Origin: an uncultured bacterium
GTDB lineage: Bacteria > Chlamydiota > Chlamydiia > Chlamydiales > 2-12-FULL-49-11
Assembly (NCBI GenBank): GCA_964552055.1
Contig: CAZKFL010000002.1
Coordinates: 10,665-74,664 of the forward strand
Length of the DNA: 64,000 nucleotides
Direction: 5' to 3'
Shown here: positions 29,141-38,911 of the stretch, one piece after another
Layout: every line of letters begins with the position of its first letter
Position numbering within the stretch: position 1 is the stretch's first letter
The notes under the pieces: model-generated
Database searches by the model: none
What the model saw: the letters and a program-made list of their open reading frames with translations, nothing else
Told to the model about the DNA's origin: nothing
Made by a program: the position numbers and the translations under genes

Positions 29141-29851
29141 ATGCATCTTTCTATTCAGGCCTTTTCTTGGCTCGACATTCCACTTGTACTTCTCATCTTA
29201 GTAATTGAAATCTTGCTCTCTGCAGATAACACAGCAGCTCTTGGTATGATTGTGAGAAAATTACCCCCTGCAAAAAGACAAAGCGCTTTATTTGCAGGAC
29301 TTTATTCAGCATTTTTTTTAAGAGCTATAGGCGTTGTATTTGCAGCCATTCTTATTTATCTTTTTTGGGTGCAAATCATAGGGGGAATATACCTCATCTA
29401 TCTTGCTTGGCACTATGTTTTTGGAAAGAAAAAAGAAGCTTCAGCCTTATCTCCGATTTCCTATTGGAAAGCAGTAGTTTATATCGAGCTTATTGATATT
29501 CTTTTTGCAATTGATTCCATTCTTGGCGCATTTGCTCTCGCCTCTCTTTACTACCCATTTGAAATCATTGCTTCAAAACTCTGGGTTATCTATCTTGGAG
29601 GTATACTCGGCGCTCTTGCTGTCAGATTTGCGACGGGACATTTTCTTAAGGTCCTTAATAAATACAAAAAAGTAGAATATCTTGCCTTTCTTCTGATTGG
29701 CTGGATGGGTGTAAAGCTTTTAGCTGAAGGTAGCGCTTCTTTTATCCATAGCGAAGATCTGAGGCATAGCTTAGACATCTTTTTCTGGGTTGGTACTCTT
29801 GTTATAATAATTGTAGGGATTATCAGTATGAGGAAGAAGCGATTTTTTTAG
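29141..29851 (+). CDS. TerC-family integral membrane protein
   Basis: LSADNTAALGMIV and a second half with DILFAIDSILGAF, which are typical TerC repeats. Confidence 0.85.
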   Translation: MHLSIQAFSWLDIPLVLLILVIEILLSADNTAALGMIVRKLPPAKRQSALFAGLYSAFFLRAIGVVFAAILIYLFWVQIIGGIYLIYLAWHYVFGKKKEASALSPISYWKAVVYIELIDILFAIDSILGAFALASLYYPFEIIASKLWVIYLGGILGALAVRFATGHFLKVLNKYKKVEYLAFLLIGWMGVKLLAEGSASFIHSEDLRHSLDIFFWVGTLVIIIVGIISMRKKRFF

Positions 29852-31250
29852 CCATATTGTTGAAAATGATTAGATGAAACGGAATCATTGCGTACCAATA
29901 GAAATATCCTAAAAGACCCTTCGGACGAAAGGTAGCAGTCTGCTTTAATTTCTTTCCATCATCAATTAATTCAAATTCAAGCCAAGCCTCACCCGGTAAT
30001 TTCATTTGGGCAAACAAAATTAGATGAACATTTTCTTTATCAACTAATATGACCCTCCAAAAGTCAATAGAATCACCAACCTCAAGATTTAATTGATCTC
30101 GTCTCCCTCTATTAAAACCAGATCCTCCAAATAGCTTGTCAATAAGTCCGCGTAGTTTCCATGCCCAATTCATAGAATACCACCCAGAATTACCTCCAAT
30201 TGACCAGATTTTATCTTTTACTAGTTCAAGGGGAGATCTGATGGGTACAGTTACAATTTTGTTGAGACACCCTTCCTTAGGAACATTAATATCAGATAGA
30301 GGTGTTTTTAAATCCCAGGCATCCATCCAGCTGGAGATCACTTCATTTTGCGCAATCCTTTGAAATGCGAGGGTTAATGATTTTTCAAAGCTAAGGCATT
30401 CATGTGGAAGAATTTCATCAATTTGATAATTCAACTTCCTTGTATTTTGCTTCATGCTTTCAACCAAGTACTTACAAATTGAGAAGTTCACTGAGGTAAT
30501 AAAAAGTAGCCAGTAACTGGATAGCTTAGGGGTAAAAAATGGCACATTTATGATCCATCTTTTTAATCCTCGAAATTTCGCATACCTTAGCAATACATCA
30601 TGAAATGTCAAAGCTTCGGGGCCGCCGATATCATATGTATTTCCGAAGGTAGACGTATTTAGCAATGTCTTAGTTAAATAAAAAAGAACATCCACAATTG
30701 AAATTGGTTGAATAAAGTTCTTTATCCACTTAGGCGCAACCATAATCGGAAGCTTTTCTGTAAGATCTCTAATGATTTCAAAGGAGGCACTTCCTGCCCC
30801 GACAATAATACTTGCTCTAAGGACGGTGCAAGGGATTCTCCCCTTCTGTAAAATTCTTTCAAGAGAGAGTCTTGATTGGAGATGAGGTGAAAGTTTCTCT
30901 TCATCTTCAACTATTCCGCTTAGATAAATAATTTGCTTACAACTCGTGCATTCCATTGCTTTTAGAAAGTTTTTTGCTACAATACTTTCAGCCTTTTTTA
31001 AATTTGAGTAAATGTCTCGCATTGAATGAACTAAGTAGTATGACGCATCAACTTCAACTGGAAAAACGGGTACCGAGCTTGAATCGCTCAATGTCCCAAC
31101 AATAAAAAAAAGTCGCGAATTCTTTAAAAAGCTAAACTGAGCCTGCTTATTTCTTATAAGAGCATATACTTCATGCCCTTCATCTAACAACTTATAGATA
31201 AGCCTTTTTCCAACAAATCCTGTAGCTCCCGTAACAACTATCTTAGCCAT
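29823..31250 (-). CDS. NAD(P)-binding SDR/NmrA-like protein fused to a DUF2867-like C-terminal domain
   Basis: Rossmann motif VTGATGFVGKRL at the N-terminus. The 475-aa length and C-terminal region are typical of the SDR-DUF2867 architecture. Confidence 0.75.
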   Translation of the reverse strand: MAKIVVTGATGFVGKRLIYKLLDEGHEVYALIRNKQAQFSFLKNSRLFFIVGTLSDSSSVPVFPVEVDASYYLVHSMRDIYSNLKKAESIVAKNFLKAMECTSCKQIIYLSGIVEDEEKLSPHLQSRLSLERILQKGRIPCTVLRASIIVGAGSASFEIIRDLTEKLPIMVAPKWIKNFIQPISIVDVLFYLTKTLLNTSTFGNTYDIGGPEALTFHDVLLRYAKFRGLKRWIINVPFFTPKLSSYWLLFITSVNFSICKYLVESMKQNTRKLNYQIDEILPHECLSFEKSLTLAFQRIAQNEVISSWMDAWDLKTPLSDINVPKEGCLNKIVTVPIRSPLELVKDKIWSIGGNSGWYSMNWAWKLRGLIDKLFGGSGFNRGRRDQLNLEVGDSIDFWRVILVDKENVHLILFAQMKLPGEAWLEFELIDDGKKLKQTATFRPKGLLGYFYWYAMIPFHLIIFNNMAKKIASSSY

Positions 31251-31318
31251 ATTTAGAAAATTATATTATCTATTGTTTTATGTCGACGAAATGAGGGAAA
31301 ACGGTATAATCTTTTCGT

Positions 31319-31771
31319 ATGGAAACAAAAGAAATTGTCTCAAATCGCTCGGCCTATCATCATTATGAAGTGATTGAAACATACGAGGCTGGCATTGTTT
31401 TGCAAGGAACTGAAATTAAGTCACTAAGAGACAATGGTGGTAACTTGCAGGATAACTATGTGACAATTAAAAAAGGTGAAACATGGTTAAGGAACGCTTC
31501 CATTTCCCCTTACAAACATGGGAATATCTACAATCATGAAGAAAAAAGAGAGCGAAAGCTGCTTTTTCACAGAGAGGAGATTTTAAAGCTGCGTAAATTA
31601 ACTGAGATAAAAGGTCATACCCTTATTGCTCTTAGTTTTTATTTGAAACGCGGAATTATTAAAGTTAAGGTTGGTGTTTGCAGAGGCAAAAAAACTCATG
31701 ACAAGCGTGAGGACCAGAAGAAAAAGTCTCAACTTAAAGAGATCTCACAAGCTTTCAAAAATGCTGGTTGA
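31319..31771 (+). CDS. smpB: SsrA-binding protein
   Basis: [26 protein letters not shown] and a basic C-terminal tail, 150 aa. Confidence 0.95.
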   Translation: METKEIVSNRSAYHHYEVIETYEAGIVLQGTEIKSLRDNGGNLQDNYVTIKKGETWLRNASISPYKHGNIYNHEEKRERKLLFHREEILKLRKLTEIKGHTLIALSFYLKRGIIKVKVGVCRGKKTHDKREDQKKKSQLKEISQAFKNAG

Positions 31772-31822
31772 CGCCAAAGCTTAGAATTCATTAAAATTGG
31801 TTTTTCTTTATAGGGGTTTTTT

Positions 31823-32929
31823 ATGAAATTTAGTGTTCAGCGTGATGCATTTTCTTCTTTGATTGGCAAGATTCAGGGTGTTGTTCCAGCAAAAGCTGTA
31901 ATTCCAATTTTAGCAAACGTATTGATTGAGGCAAAAGACAACCAGATTATTGTAACTGCTACTGATTTAACAGTTAGCCTGCGAGCAAGTTTAGATGCTC
32001 TAGTTCTTGAAGAAGGTGCTATTGCTTTACCTGCCAGAAGATTTTTTCAATTAATTCGGGAATTAAAAGCGCCAGAACTTAAAATTGAGACTGATAGTAA
32101 TCATGTTGCAGTTTTGACAAGCGGATCCTCTCATTTTCGAATAAACGGCCTTGATAAAGGTGAATTTCCGGCATTTCCTGAAATAAAAGGGGGCAAATCT
32201 TTTTCACTCCCCTCTGCAAGATTGAAAGAAATGTTTGTTAACACTTCCTTCGCTGCTGCAAAAGATGATACAAGACAGGTGCTTAATGGAATTTACATGG
32301 AAATTGATGAAAACAAAGTAATCATTGTTGGTACTGACGGTAAAAAACTTGCAAAAATTGAACAGACTGTTGAAAGTAGTTCAGGCGAAAAACAAGTCAG
32401 CATTATCCCTTTAAAGGCAGTTGACGAAATGGTTAAGCTACTTGATAATGAATCGGTTGAAACAACTCTAACATTAATGGGGGATAAAATTGCACTTGAG
32501 ACAGATAAGGGCTCACTTGTCTCAAAACTTCTTTCGGGGCAATTTCCTGATTACCAAAGAGTTCTGCCAGACAGAAATTCAATGCACAAAATGCATCTTC
32601 ACAAAGAAGAGTTGATGACGCTTCTTAAGCAAGTTTCTTTATTTACGTCCGAGGCAAGCCATTCAGTAAAACTGACATTTGAAAGTGGCGAACTAAAGTT
32701 GCAAGCAATTAATAGTGAAATTGGTGAAGGCAAAGTGAATATGCCTGTAGACTACCATGAAGAGAAGTTAGATATCGCTTTCAATCCTCACTATTTTATC
32801 GATATTTTACGTCATTGCAAAGATGAAACAGTTAGTTTTGGCATTACAGACTCGTTTAATCCAGGTTCTATTACAGACACATCTGAAGCCCACTATGTGC
32901 TCATGCCAATGAGACTTAGTAGTGATTAA
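31823..32929 (+). CDS. dnaN: DNA polymerase III beta sliding clamp
   Basis: 368 aa. The N-terminus MKFSVQRDAF...PILANVLIEA...ATDLTVSL and the three-domain length fit DnaN. Confidence 0.9.
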   Translation: MKFSVQRDAFSSLIGKIQGVVPAKAVIPILANVLIEAKDNQIIVTATDLTVSLRASLDALVLEEGAIALPARRFFQLIRELKAPELKIETDSNHVAVLTSGSSHFRINGLDKGEFPAFPEIKGGKSFSLPSARLKEMFVNTSFAAAKDDTRQVLNGIYMEIDENKVIIVGTDGKKLAKIEQTVESSSGEKQVSIIPLKAVDEMVKLLDNESVETTLTLMGDKIALETDKGSLVSKLLSGQFPDYQRVLPDRNSMHKMHLHKEELMTLLKQVSLFTSEASHSVKLTFESGELKLQAINSEIGEGKVNMPVDYHEEKLDIAFNPHYFIDILRHCKDETVSFGITDSFNPGSITDTSEAHYVLMPMRLSSD

Positions 32930-33956
32930 ACGTCTTCGCCTCTTTCAGTTTAGGAATTTTAAAGAAATTGATCTTGAATTTGAAAGAGGGCTCAATGCTA
33001 TAATTGGGCCAAATGCGATTGGGAAAACAACTATTCTTGAAGCTATCCGTCTTTTAAGCATTGGCAGATCTTTTCGAACTGCAAAGCTTAGCGAGCTTAT
33101 AAAAAAAGATGAGAAAAACTTTTTTATCCAAGCGTATTTCGAAAAGGATGGTATTGAGCAAACACTTTCCATTTCTTATGATGGAGTGAATAAGGAAATC
33201 AAGCATAACGAAACTTTCTATAATTCATTCTCTCCCCTATTAGGTCTTTTACCAACAGTTGTGTACTCACCTTTTGATATCGAATTACTGCACGGGGCGC
33301 CGTCAGAAAGGCGTAGGTTTGTAAATATTTTGATTGCCCAATCAAATGCTGCTTATGTGTATCACCTAACAAGATACGCAAAAGGGATAGCTCAGAGGAA
33401 TGCATTACTGCGAAGTAAAGACACAAAGTCAATTGAGCTATGGGAAGATGATCTCATTAAATCAGCTCTATATATTCAAGAGAAGCGAGCTCAGGCGATA
33501 AAAATGATCTCGGATAAAACAGAAAGGATCTATCTGGAATTATCCGAAAAGACAGAAAAAATAGCCCTTTCCTATGTGCCATCAAATATTTCTAGAGAGA
33601 TTTTTAAAAAGAATAGAGATCGGGAGATTTATCTAGGTTACACTATTGCAGGTCCCCATAGAGACGATATTGATATTTCTTGCAGCGGCTTATCAGCGAA
33701 AAATTACGCAAGCGAAGGGCAAAAAAGAACTATTATCGCATCTTTAAAACTTGCGGAAACAGAGAGTCTAGAGAATGCCACCCTTCTAATCGATGACTTT
33801 GGGATTCATCTTGACGATCAGAGAAAAGCAAGATTCGAGGATAAAATCCAAAATCAAAATCAGCTCTTCTTAACATCGCCAACTAACTATTTCAGGCGAG
33901 CTTTTTTATGTTCTTTGGACGCTCACCCTCTTCAAGTAAATTCATCTCCTCAATAA
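32922..33956 (+). CDS. recF: DNA replication and repair protein RecF
   Basis: Walker A GPNAIGKTTILEAI, SEGQKRT signature, LLIDDF Walker B. It overlaps the end of dnaN by 8 nt. Confidence 0.9.
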   Translation: MIKRLRLFQFRNFKEIDLEFERGLNAIIGPNAIGKTTILEAIRLLSIGRSFRTAKLSELIKKDEKNFFIQAYFEKDGIEQTLSISYDGVNKEIKHNETFYNSFSPLLGLLPTVVYSPFDIELLHGAPSERRRFVNILIAQSNAAYVYHLTRYAKGIAQRNALLRSKDTKSIELWEDDLIKSALYIQEKRAQAIKMISDKTERIYLELSEKTEKIALSYVPSNISREIFKKNRDREIYLGYTIAGPHRDDIDISCSGLSAKNYASEGQKRTIIASLKLAETESLENATLLIDDFGIHLDDQRKARFEDKIQNQNQLFLTSPTNYFRRAFLCSLDAHPLQVNSSPQ

Positions 33957-35520
33957 AAGCGCCTGCTAGCAAAGATTCTTTATCCTGAGGAAGGCAACCT
34001 TTCTCTCTCTGATGCTTAAAGAGCTCTATTACGCTGTTGGCTAGAATTTTTCCCAGCTGCACCCCCTCTTGATCAAAAGAATTAATCCCCCATATAAACC
34101 CTTGAAATGCAACCGTATTCTCGTGATAAGAAAGGAGGTTGCCAAGAGTATAGGGATCAAGAACGTTTGCTAGAAGAATGTGACTTGGTCTATTGCCGCC
34201 AAAGGATTTGTTTGGATTGCTATTTGAACTCCCTTTTGCAAGAGCAATTGCCTGCGCAAAAAGATTTGAAAGGAGTTTTTCTTGATTAGTGGTTTTATCA
34301 ATAATTGAATCTCCCTCGCTTTGAGCTCGCACAAACCCTATAAATTCAACGGGAATCGGGTCAGATCCTTGGTGTAAGCATTGAAAATAAGAGTGCTGAC
34401 ATTCCGAGCCAACAGTTCCCCAAATTACAGGGGTTGTGCCCTCCTGAATAAAACTGCCATCCTCTTGTGATACACTTTTTCCATTTGATTCCATATAGAG
34501 CTGCTGCAGGTGTGCGGACCAAAAATTCATCGGAGCAGAATAAGGAATTATGGCAAGAGTGTCTGCTTGGAGAAAATTCCTATTCCAAACAGCTAATAGA
34601 GCAGAAAATAATGGCAAGTTTTTTAGTGGGTCTTTTTCAAGAAGCGCATGCCTATCCATTTCATGTAATCCTTTTAAAAACTCTTCCCATACGCTCATAC
34701 CAAAAACAAATGTAAGAGGGACTGCGCCAACCATACTTGATACTGAATATCTTCCTCCGATATAATCCCACATATAGAAGACTTCTAAAAACTTCGACGG
34801 ATCATCCATAGGACTGCCCTTACCAGTGACCAAGATAAAGTGGTCCTTCACGTCGATTTTTGCTTCTGCGTATTTTTTTCGTAAGAGAGCTTCTTGAGAC
34901 TTAATTTCAAGTGTACCGCCAGACTTAGAAACAATTGCTACAAGTGTTGATGCAAGATCTACTTCATCCAAAATTCCATTTACTTTGTCAGGATCAATAT
35001 TTGAAGCAAAATACAGCTTTTTATCATTTGTTTGATAGGCCTTAAGTGCATGGTAAACAGCCTCTGTTCCCAAATAGGAGCCTCCAATTCCCACAATAAT
35101 CATTGCCTTATATTTTTTAGTGGCTGGGAGAAAATTCTTTAGCTTTCGAAGCTCTGTTACATAATCATCTCTAGCTTCCCTTGCAGCATCGGTGCATTTG
35201 CTATTTAGATCCAAATTTCGAATTGCAGTGTGCCCAACTCTTCGATTTTCACTTTCGCAGTTTTTTACATAGTTCATTACTTCCATATTTTGAAGTCGGA
35301 GCATCTTATCGTGAGCACCTACCTCAACTGCAAGATTGCAAAGGGCTTTACAAATCTTATCATCAACTCTTTCAGTTCCATAAAGCATTTTCCACCTATC
35401 AAACGAGAGCGTCATATTTTTAATTCGTTCTCTATTAAGACATTCTGGATGGGTCAGGTCGGGGGCTGATTTTGCAAGCGTGCGAAGCTCTTTTACAGAT
35501 TTGCAATCGTTAAATTTCAT
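33892..35520 (-). CDS. pgi: Glucose-6-phosphate isomerase
   Basis: GIGGSYLG, WDYIGGRYS, and ESNGK in the catalytic region, 542 aa. Confidence 0.9.
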   Translation of the reverse strand: MKFNDCKSVKELRTLAKSAPDLTHPECLNRERIKNMTLSFDRWKMLYGTERVDDKICKALCNLAVEVGAHDKMLRLQNMEVMNYVKNCESENRRVGHTAIRNLDLNSKCTDAAREARDDYVTELRKLKNFLPATKKYKAMIIVGIGGSYLGTEAVYHALKAYQTNDKKLYFASNIDPDKVNGILDEVDLASTLVAIVSKSGGTLEIKSQEALLRKKYAEAKIDVKDHFILVTGKGSPMDDPSKFLEVFYMWDYIGGRYSVSSMVGAVPLTFVFGMSVWEEFLKGLHEMDRHALLEKDPLKNLPLFSALLAVWNRNFLQADTLAIIPYSAPMNFWSAHLQQLYMESNGKSVSQEDGSFIQEGTTPVIWGTVGSECQHSYFQCLHQGSDPIPVEFIGFVRAQSEGDSIIDKTTNQEKLLSNLFAQAIALAKGSSNSNPNKSFGGNRPSHILLANVLDPYTLGNLLSYHENTVAFQGFIWGINSFDQEGVQLGKILANSVIELFKHQREKGCLPQDKESLLAGAFIEEMNLLEEGERPKNIKKLA

Positions 35521-35622
35521 AGTTTCACCTCGTTTTGCTTGATTTTAGACATAAAATGCAATTTTTCATCAAATGTTTTGAATTTAAATCAGAAAAAAAG
35601 TAGAATTATCACTTCTTACGTT

Positions 35623-35697
35623 CGGAGTATAGCGCAGCTTGGCTAGCGCGTCTGGTTTGGGACCAGAAGGCCGGGGGTTCAAATCCCTCTACTCCGA
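35623..35697 (+). tRNA. tRNA-Pro (anticodon UGG)
   Basis: Hand-folded cloverleaf. Acceptor stem CGGAGTA/TACTCCG, anticodon stem TCTGG/CCAGA with loop TTTGGGA, and a GGTTCAAATCC T-arm. No encoded CCA. Confidence 0.9.
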
Positions 35698-36722
35698 ATA
35701 AATTCTTCAAACAAGATTTCATCATCAAGACCTAGCTTCTCGCCAACTGAGATAACCTTTCCATCTGCAGCATTAAATCCTTGCAACATTCTTCTTCCCT
35801 CTCTTGATACTGCCTCAGAAAAAACAAGAATATAGTCTAGTCCATGCCAGCTTTCAATCATAAGCAGCTCAGGAAAAATAACATAATCAATTCTAGAATC
35901 GTTTAAAAGAGTTACTGCTTGATCAAATAAATCATAAGGAACCTTTCCCATTTCTGGCAGAACAACTCCCAAAAATGGAGGATTTCTTGGAATTAAGGGC
36001 GCACTTTTGTGGCCAATCATCCCTAAATCTCCGCTATCTTGCCATCCAAAACCTGAAAAAAGAGAATTCGCATGCTTTACTCCTGGCAAAATATAAGGAA
36101 AAAATGATTTTGATAATAGTTCAGCTTGATACGAGGGTCTATTTGTGTCTTTAAGGTCGAATAAGGCTATAAGAGGGACGTCATCAATCAATGAGGCTGA
36201 AAGGCGATGTAAATTTTGCATTAGGAGCTCCATCGAAAACAGTCTAAACATCTGTTTTGACAGGGCCTCTTCACCAAAATAAGCTCTTTTCCACTCATAA
36301 AAATCTGTATAAAGCGAAGCATCACTTGAGATTGAATCTGTGAAATCGCCACTTCCTCTATACAGAATAATTGCAGCAATTTGGCTCTTATATTTACTGT
36401 AAACTCTCTCTGAAAATGCATTAACTGCAAGACCTCTAGAGAAAAAGGCCGCAGAATCCCTCAAAAGGGCTTTCTTTTCTGAAAAACCAAAATCCAGTTC
36501 AAATGAAAGTTTAGCATTAAGCTTTATTGCCACTTCTATTTCGGACTCTAGGGATTCCCAGGCAAGATCAGATGATGGTCTTGCATCGATATAGATATTA
36601 AGAGTGTTAAAATTTTTATCTTTTACAAACTCATATCCGGTTTCGGCAATAACAGGCCTCACTTGACATCCCCTTCCAAAACAAACTGCATATGTCGTAT
36701 GGATTTTCCAAGGCTTTCCCAA
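35679..36722 (-). CDS. Hypothetical protein
   Basis: 347-aa ORF with no recognised motif. Its 5' end overlaps trmB and its 3' end overlaps tRNA-Pro on the opposite strand. The true start may be internal. Confidence 0.5.
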   Translation of the reverse strand: MGKPWKIHTTYAVCFGRGCQVRPVIAETGYEFVKDKNFNTLNIYIDARPSSDLAWESLESEIEVAIKLNAKLSFELDFGFSEKKALLRDSAAFFSRGLAVNAFSERVYSKYKSQIAAIILYRGSGDFTDSISSDASLYTDFYEWKRAYFGEEALSKQMFRLFSMELLMQNLHRLSASLIDDVPLIALFDLKDTNRPSYQAELLSKSFFPYILPGVKHANSLFSGFGWQDSGDLGMIGHKSAPLIPRNPPFLGVVLPEMGKVPYDLFDQAVTLLNDSRIDYVIFPELLMIESWHGLDYILVFSEAVSREGRRMLQGFNAADGKVISVGEKLGLDDEILFEEFIRSRGI

Positions 36723-37381
36723 AGTCGATTAAAATAGGACGAGCCGTATTCATTTGGCAGAGAGGAGACTTCAAGCGAATTCCATTTTGGATGACTGCTA
36801 ACAACCTTCATCATTTGCTCAGAATATTTTTGATGATCTGTAACTAGAGTCAATGTTGCCCCTTCTTTACACACTCTAGTTAACATTTCGATAAAAGGTG
36901 ACTGTATAATTCTATTTTTAGCGTGACTATTTTTTGGCCAAGGATCGGGAAAGTTTACGTACGCCTTCTCAACAGAATTCTCTTTAAGATAATGCGTGCA
37001 AAAATCCTCAGCCATCCCGCAGACAGGAAGAAGGTTAGTTAATCCTAAATTATGCTTTTTAGACCAAATTTGTCTTGTACGCTGAAATTTTTTCTCTACC
37101 CCGATCCAGTTATATTCTGGATAAAGTCCCGCAGCTCTTGCAATCCATTCCCCGTTCCCACTACAAAATTCAATACAAATAGGATTATCGTTCCCGAAAA
37201 TTTCTTGAAACGTAGTATCAAATTTTTCATGTTCATCATAATGTCTTGGAACACAAAGCATCCCTTCATGAAGGAGGGGCTTTCTCTCTTCCCAACTAAA
37301 AAGAATAGGTAAGTCTACAGGTCTCATGATATATAAGTGATGTGCCCAGGAAGGGACTTGAACCCCCACGCCTCGCGGCAC
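36659..37381 (-). CDS. trmB: tRNA (guanine-N7)-methyltransferase
   Basis: EFCSGNGEW SAM motif and VNFPDPWPK. The ORF-track start lies inside tRNA-Leu, so the likely real start is the Met at 37327 (MRPVDLPILF). Confidence 0.85.
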   Translation of the reverse strand: MPRGVGVQVPSWAHHLYIMRPVDLPILFSWEERKPLLHEGMLCVPRHYDEHEKFDTTFQEIFGNDNPICIEFCSGNGEWIARAAGLYPEYNWIGVEKKFQRTRQIWSKKHNLGLTNLLPVCGMAEDFCTHYLKENSVEKAYVNFPDPWPKNSHAKNRIIQSPFIEMLTRVCKEGATLTLVTDHQKYSEQMMKVVSSHPKWNSLEVSSLPNEYGSSYFNRLWESLGKSIRHMQFVLEGDVK

Positions 37382-37423
37382 CAGATCCTAAGTCTGGCGT
37401 GTCTACCATTTCACCACCTGGGC
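37343..37423 (-). tRNA. tRNA-Leu (anticodon UAG), long variable arm
   Basis: The reverse complement reads GCCCAGGTGGTGAAATGGTAGACACGCCAGACTTAGGATCTGG..GGTTCAAGTCCC..CCTGGGCA. The anticodon loop is CTTAGGA. Confidence 0.9.
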
Positions 37424-37454
37424 AGATAATGAAATGGAGATTCTAACAGGCAAT

Positions 37455-38795
37455 TTAGTTTTTTGTCAAGAAACAAAGCATTTGATACACAAGACGCGCA
37501 GCTGCAAGCTCAGACGAGAGCTCTCCGCCTTGTGGATTAAGCCCAACAAAGTCAATTCCAACCACTTTTTTCTTTCGAATGACCGTTCTTAGCAACTTTA
37601 TTACTTTTGCATAAGAAAGACCCATTGGTTCAGGTCTGTTACTCATCATAACACCTGGATCAAAAACGCTGGCGTCAATTGTAATATAGACATTTGACTC
37701 GCTTAATTCCTCAACAACATCTTCCATCCAATGATCGTCTTTTTCGTCAAAAATATCTGAAGCAAAGAAAATCTTATCAAATTGTAAATCACGTTTCTCT
37801 CTATTTGAAGTTGATCGAATCCCTACCTGAACGACATCTTTTGCATATTCAAGACCTTTTTTGATAGCGCATGCAGGACTATAAGCCGATCCGTCATAGC
37901 TAGCTCTAAGTTGTGTTGATCCGCCAAGGTGAAGAACAGAGAAATCTCCTATCACTTCTTTTAAGCCTTTTATAGCCCCTATTGTCACCGTTTGATCTTC
38001 ACCTAAAAAAATAGGGAATTTCCCATCATTCAAAAGCTTAATTACTTCTTCTTCTACAGCTTGAACAAAAACATGAGGCGTCTCAACTGAAACTAAAGCA
38101 GGAGCTGTATGAATTCCGACTTGAGAGAGCTGTTGATCCGTCTCAAGATCATAGTCTTCCATATATTTAGACGCTTTTAATACCGATAAAGGGGCATAGT
38201 GCTCTTTTATTTTAACGGGATACTCGTACAAAACAGGAATAACCACAAATTTTGAGCTTTCATAAGGACTTTCCTTGCCAAGGAACGGAGGAAGCTCCGG
38301 ATGAAATTTATTGAATGGAAGGTATTTTTCAGTAAATCCAATACCCACAAGTACGCTACCGTGATCTTCTACAATTTTTAATGTCTGCAAAAGAGGTTTA
38401 ATGTTCTTGATTTCGTACTCACCATTTTCAAATTCTTTTCCTAAGCTCTCTAATTCATTGTGCAATGCTACTTCAAGAGTTGATATTGAATATTCACCAC
38501 TTTTCTTACAAATCAATGTTCGATCTTTTTTTCCATTCCGGTAAAGATCGCCTAAAATAATTCCTGCGCTAATTGTAGAGCCTTTTGACCCTTCTGCAGT
38601 TGCTAAAATTGTGTCAACCACATCATTTGAGGGTAAAACTTGCGCCCCTTCAAGCAAAAAAGAATCTTTTGGAAGATAATGTGTATGAAAGAGAGGTCTG
38701 CATTGTGACAATGAACTTACTTCTAAAGCCTTAGTAAAAGCCCCTGTTTGAGACTTACTTTGACCTGATCCATTAATAAAGTAATAATTTTTCAT
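37455..38795 (-). CDS. Fusion protein: pyruvoyl-dependent arginine decarboxylase-like N-domain plus ureohydrolase (agmatinase/arginase) fold C-domain, with non-canonical active-site motifs
   Basis: The N-terminal ~160 aa resemble PvlArgDC (GSGxSxSxTGAFxKAL, TISAGI). The C-terminal ~265 aa align to agmatinase landmarks (VQVGIRS, VYITID..FDP, VGIDFV..NP). However GGDH reads GEDQ, DAHTD reads GGSTQ, DxD reads DAS, and the late Glu is Gly. Confidence 0.6.
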   Translation of the reverse strand: MKNYYFINGSGQSKSQTGAFTKALEVSSLSQCRPLFHTHYLPKDSFLLEGAQVLPSNDVVDTILATAEGSKGSTISAGIILGDLYRNGKKDRTLICKKSGEYSISTLEVALHNELESLGKEFENGEYEIKNIKPLLQTLKIVEDHGSVLVGIGFTEKYLPFNKFHPELPPFLGKESPYESSKFVVIPVLYEYPVKIKEHYAPLSVLKASKYMEDYDLETDQQLSQVGIHTAPALVSVETPHVFVQAVEEEVIKLLNDGKFPIFLGEDQTVTIGAIKGLKEVIGDFSVLHLGGSTQLRASYDGSAYSPACAIKKGLEYAKDVVQVGIRSTSNREKRDLQFDKIFFASDIFDEKDDHWMEDVVEELSESNVYITIDASVFDPGVMMSNRPEPMGLSYAKVIKLLRTVIRKKKVVGIDFVGLNPQGGELSSELAAARLVYQMLCFLTKN

Positions 38796-38911
38796 ATTTT
38801 TCTATTATTTAAATTTTTAATTACTAAATATAATTTATACTATTTGAATTTCTTTGTAAGATAAAAAAAAATCCTCGTCTATTATCCGGAAAAAAAACAT
38901 AATCTCTGTTT

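Noticed and set aside
31251-31822. tmRNA (ssrA) next to smpB, or oriC/DnaA-box cluster next to dnaN.
   Set aside because: The flanking intergenic spacers (31251-31318 and 31772-31822) are only ~50-70 nt, too short for tmRNA or an origin. No dnaA gene and no cluster of TTATCCACA-like boxes were seen.
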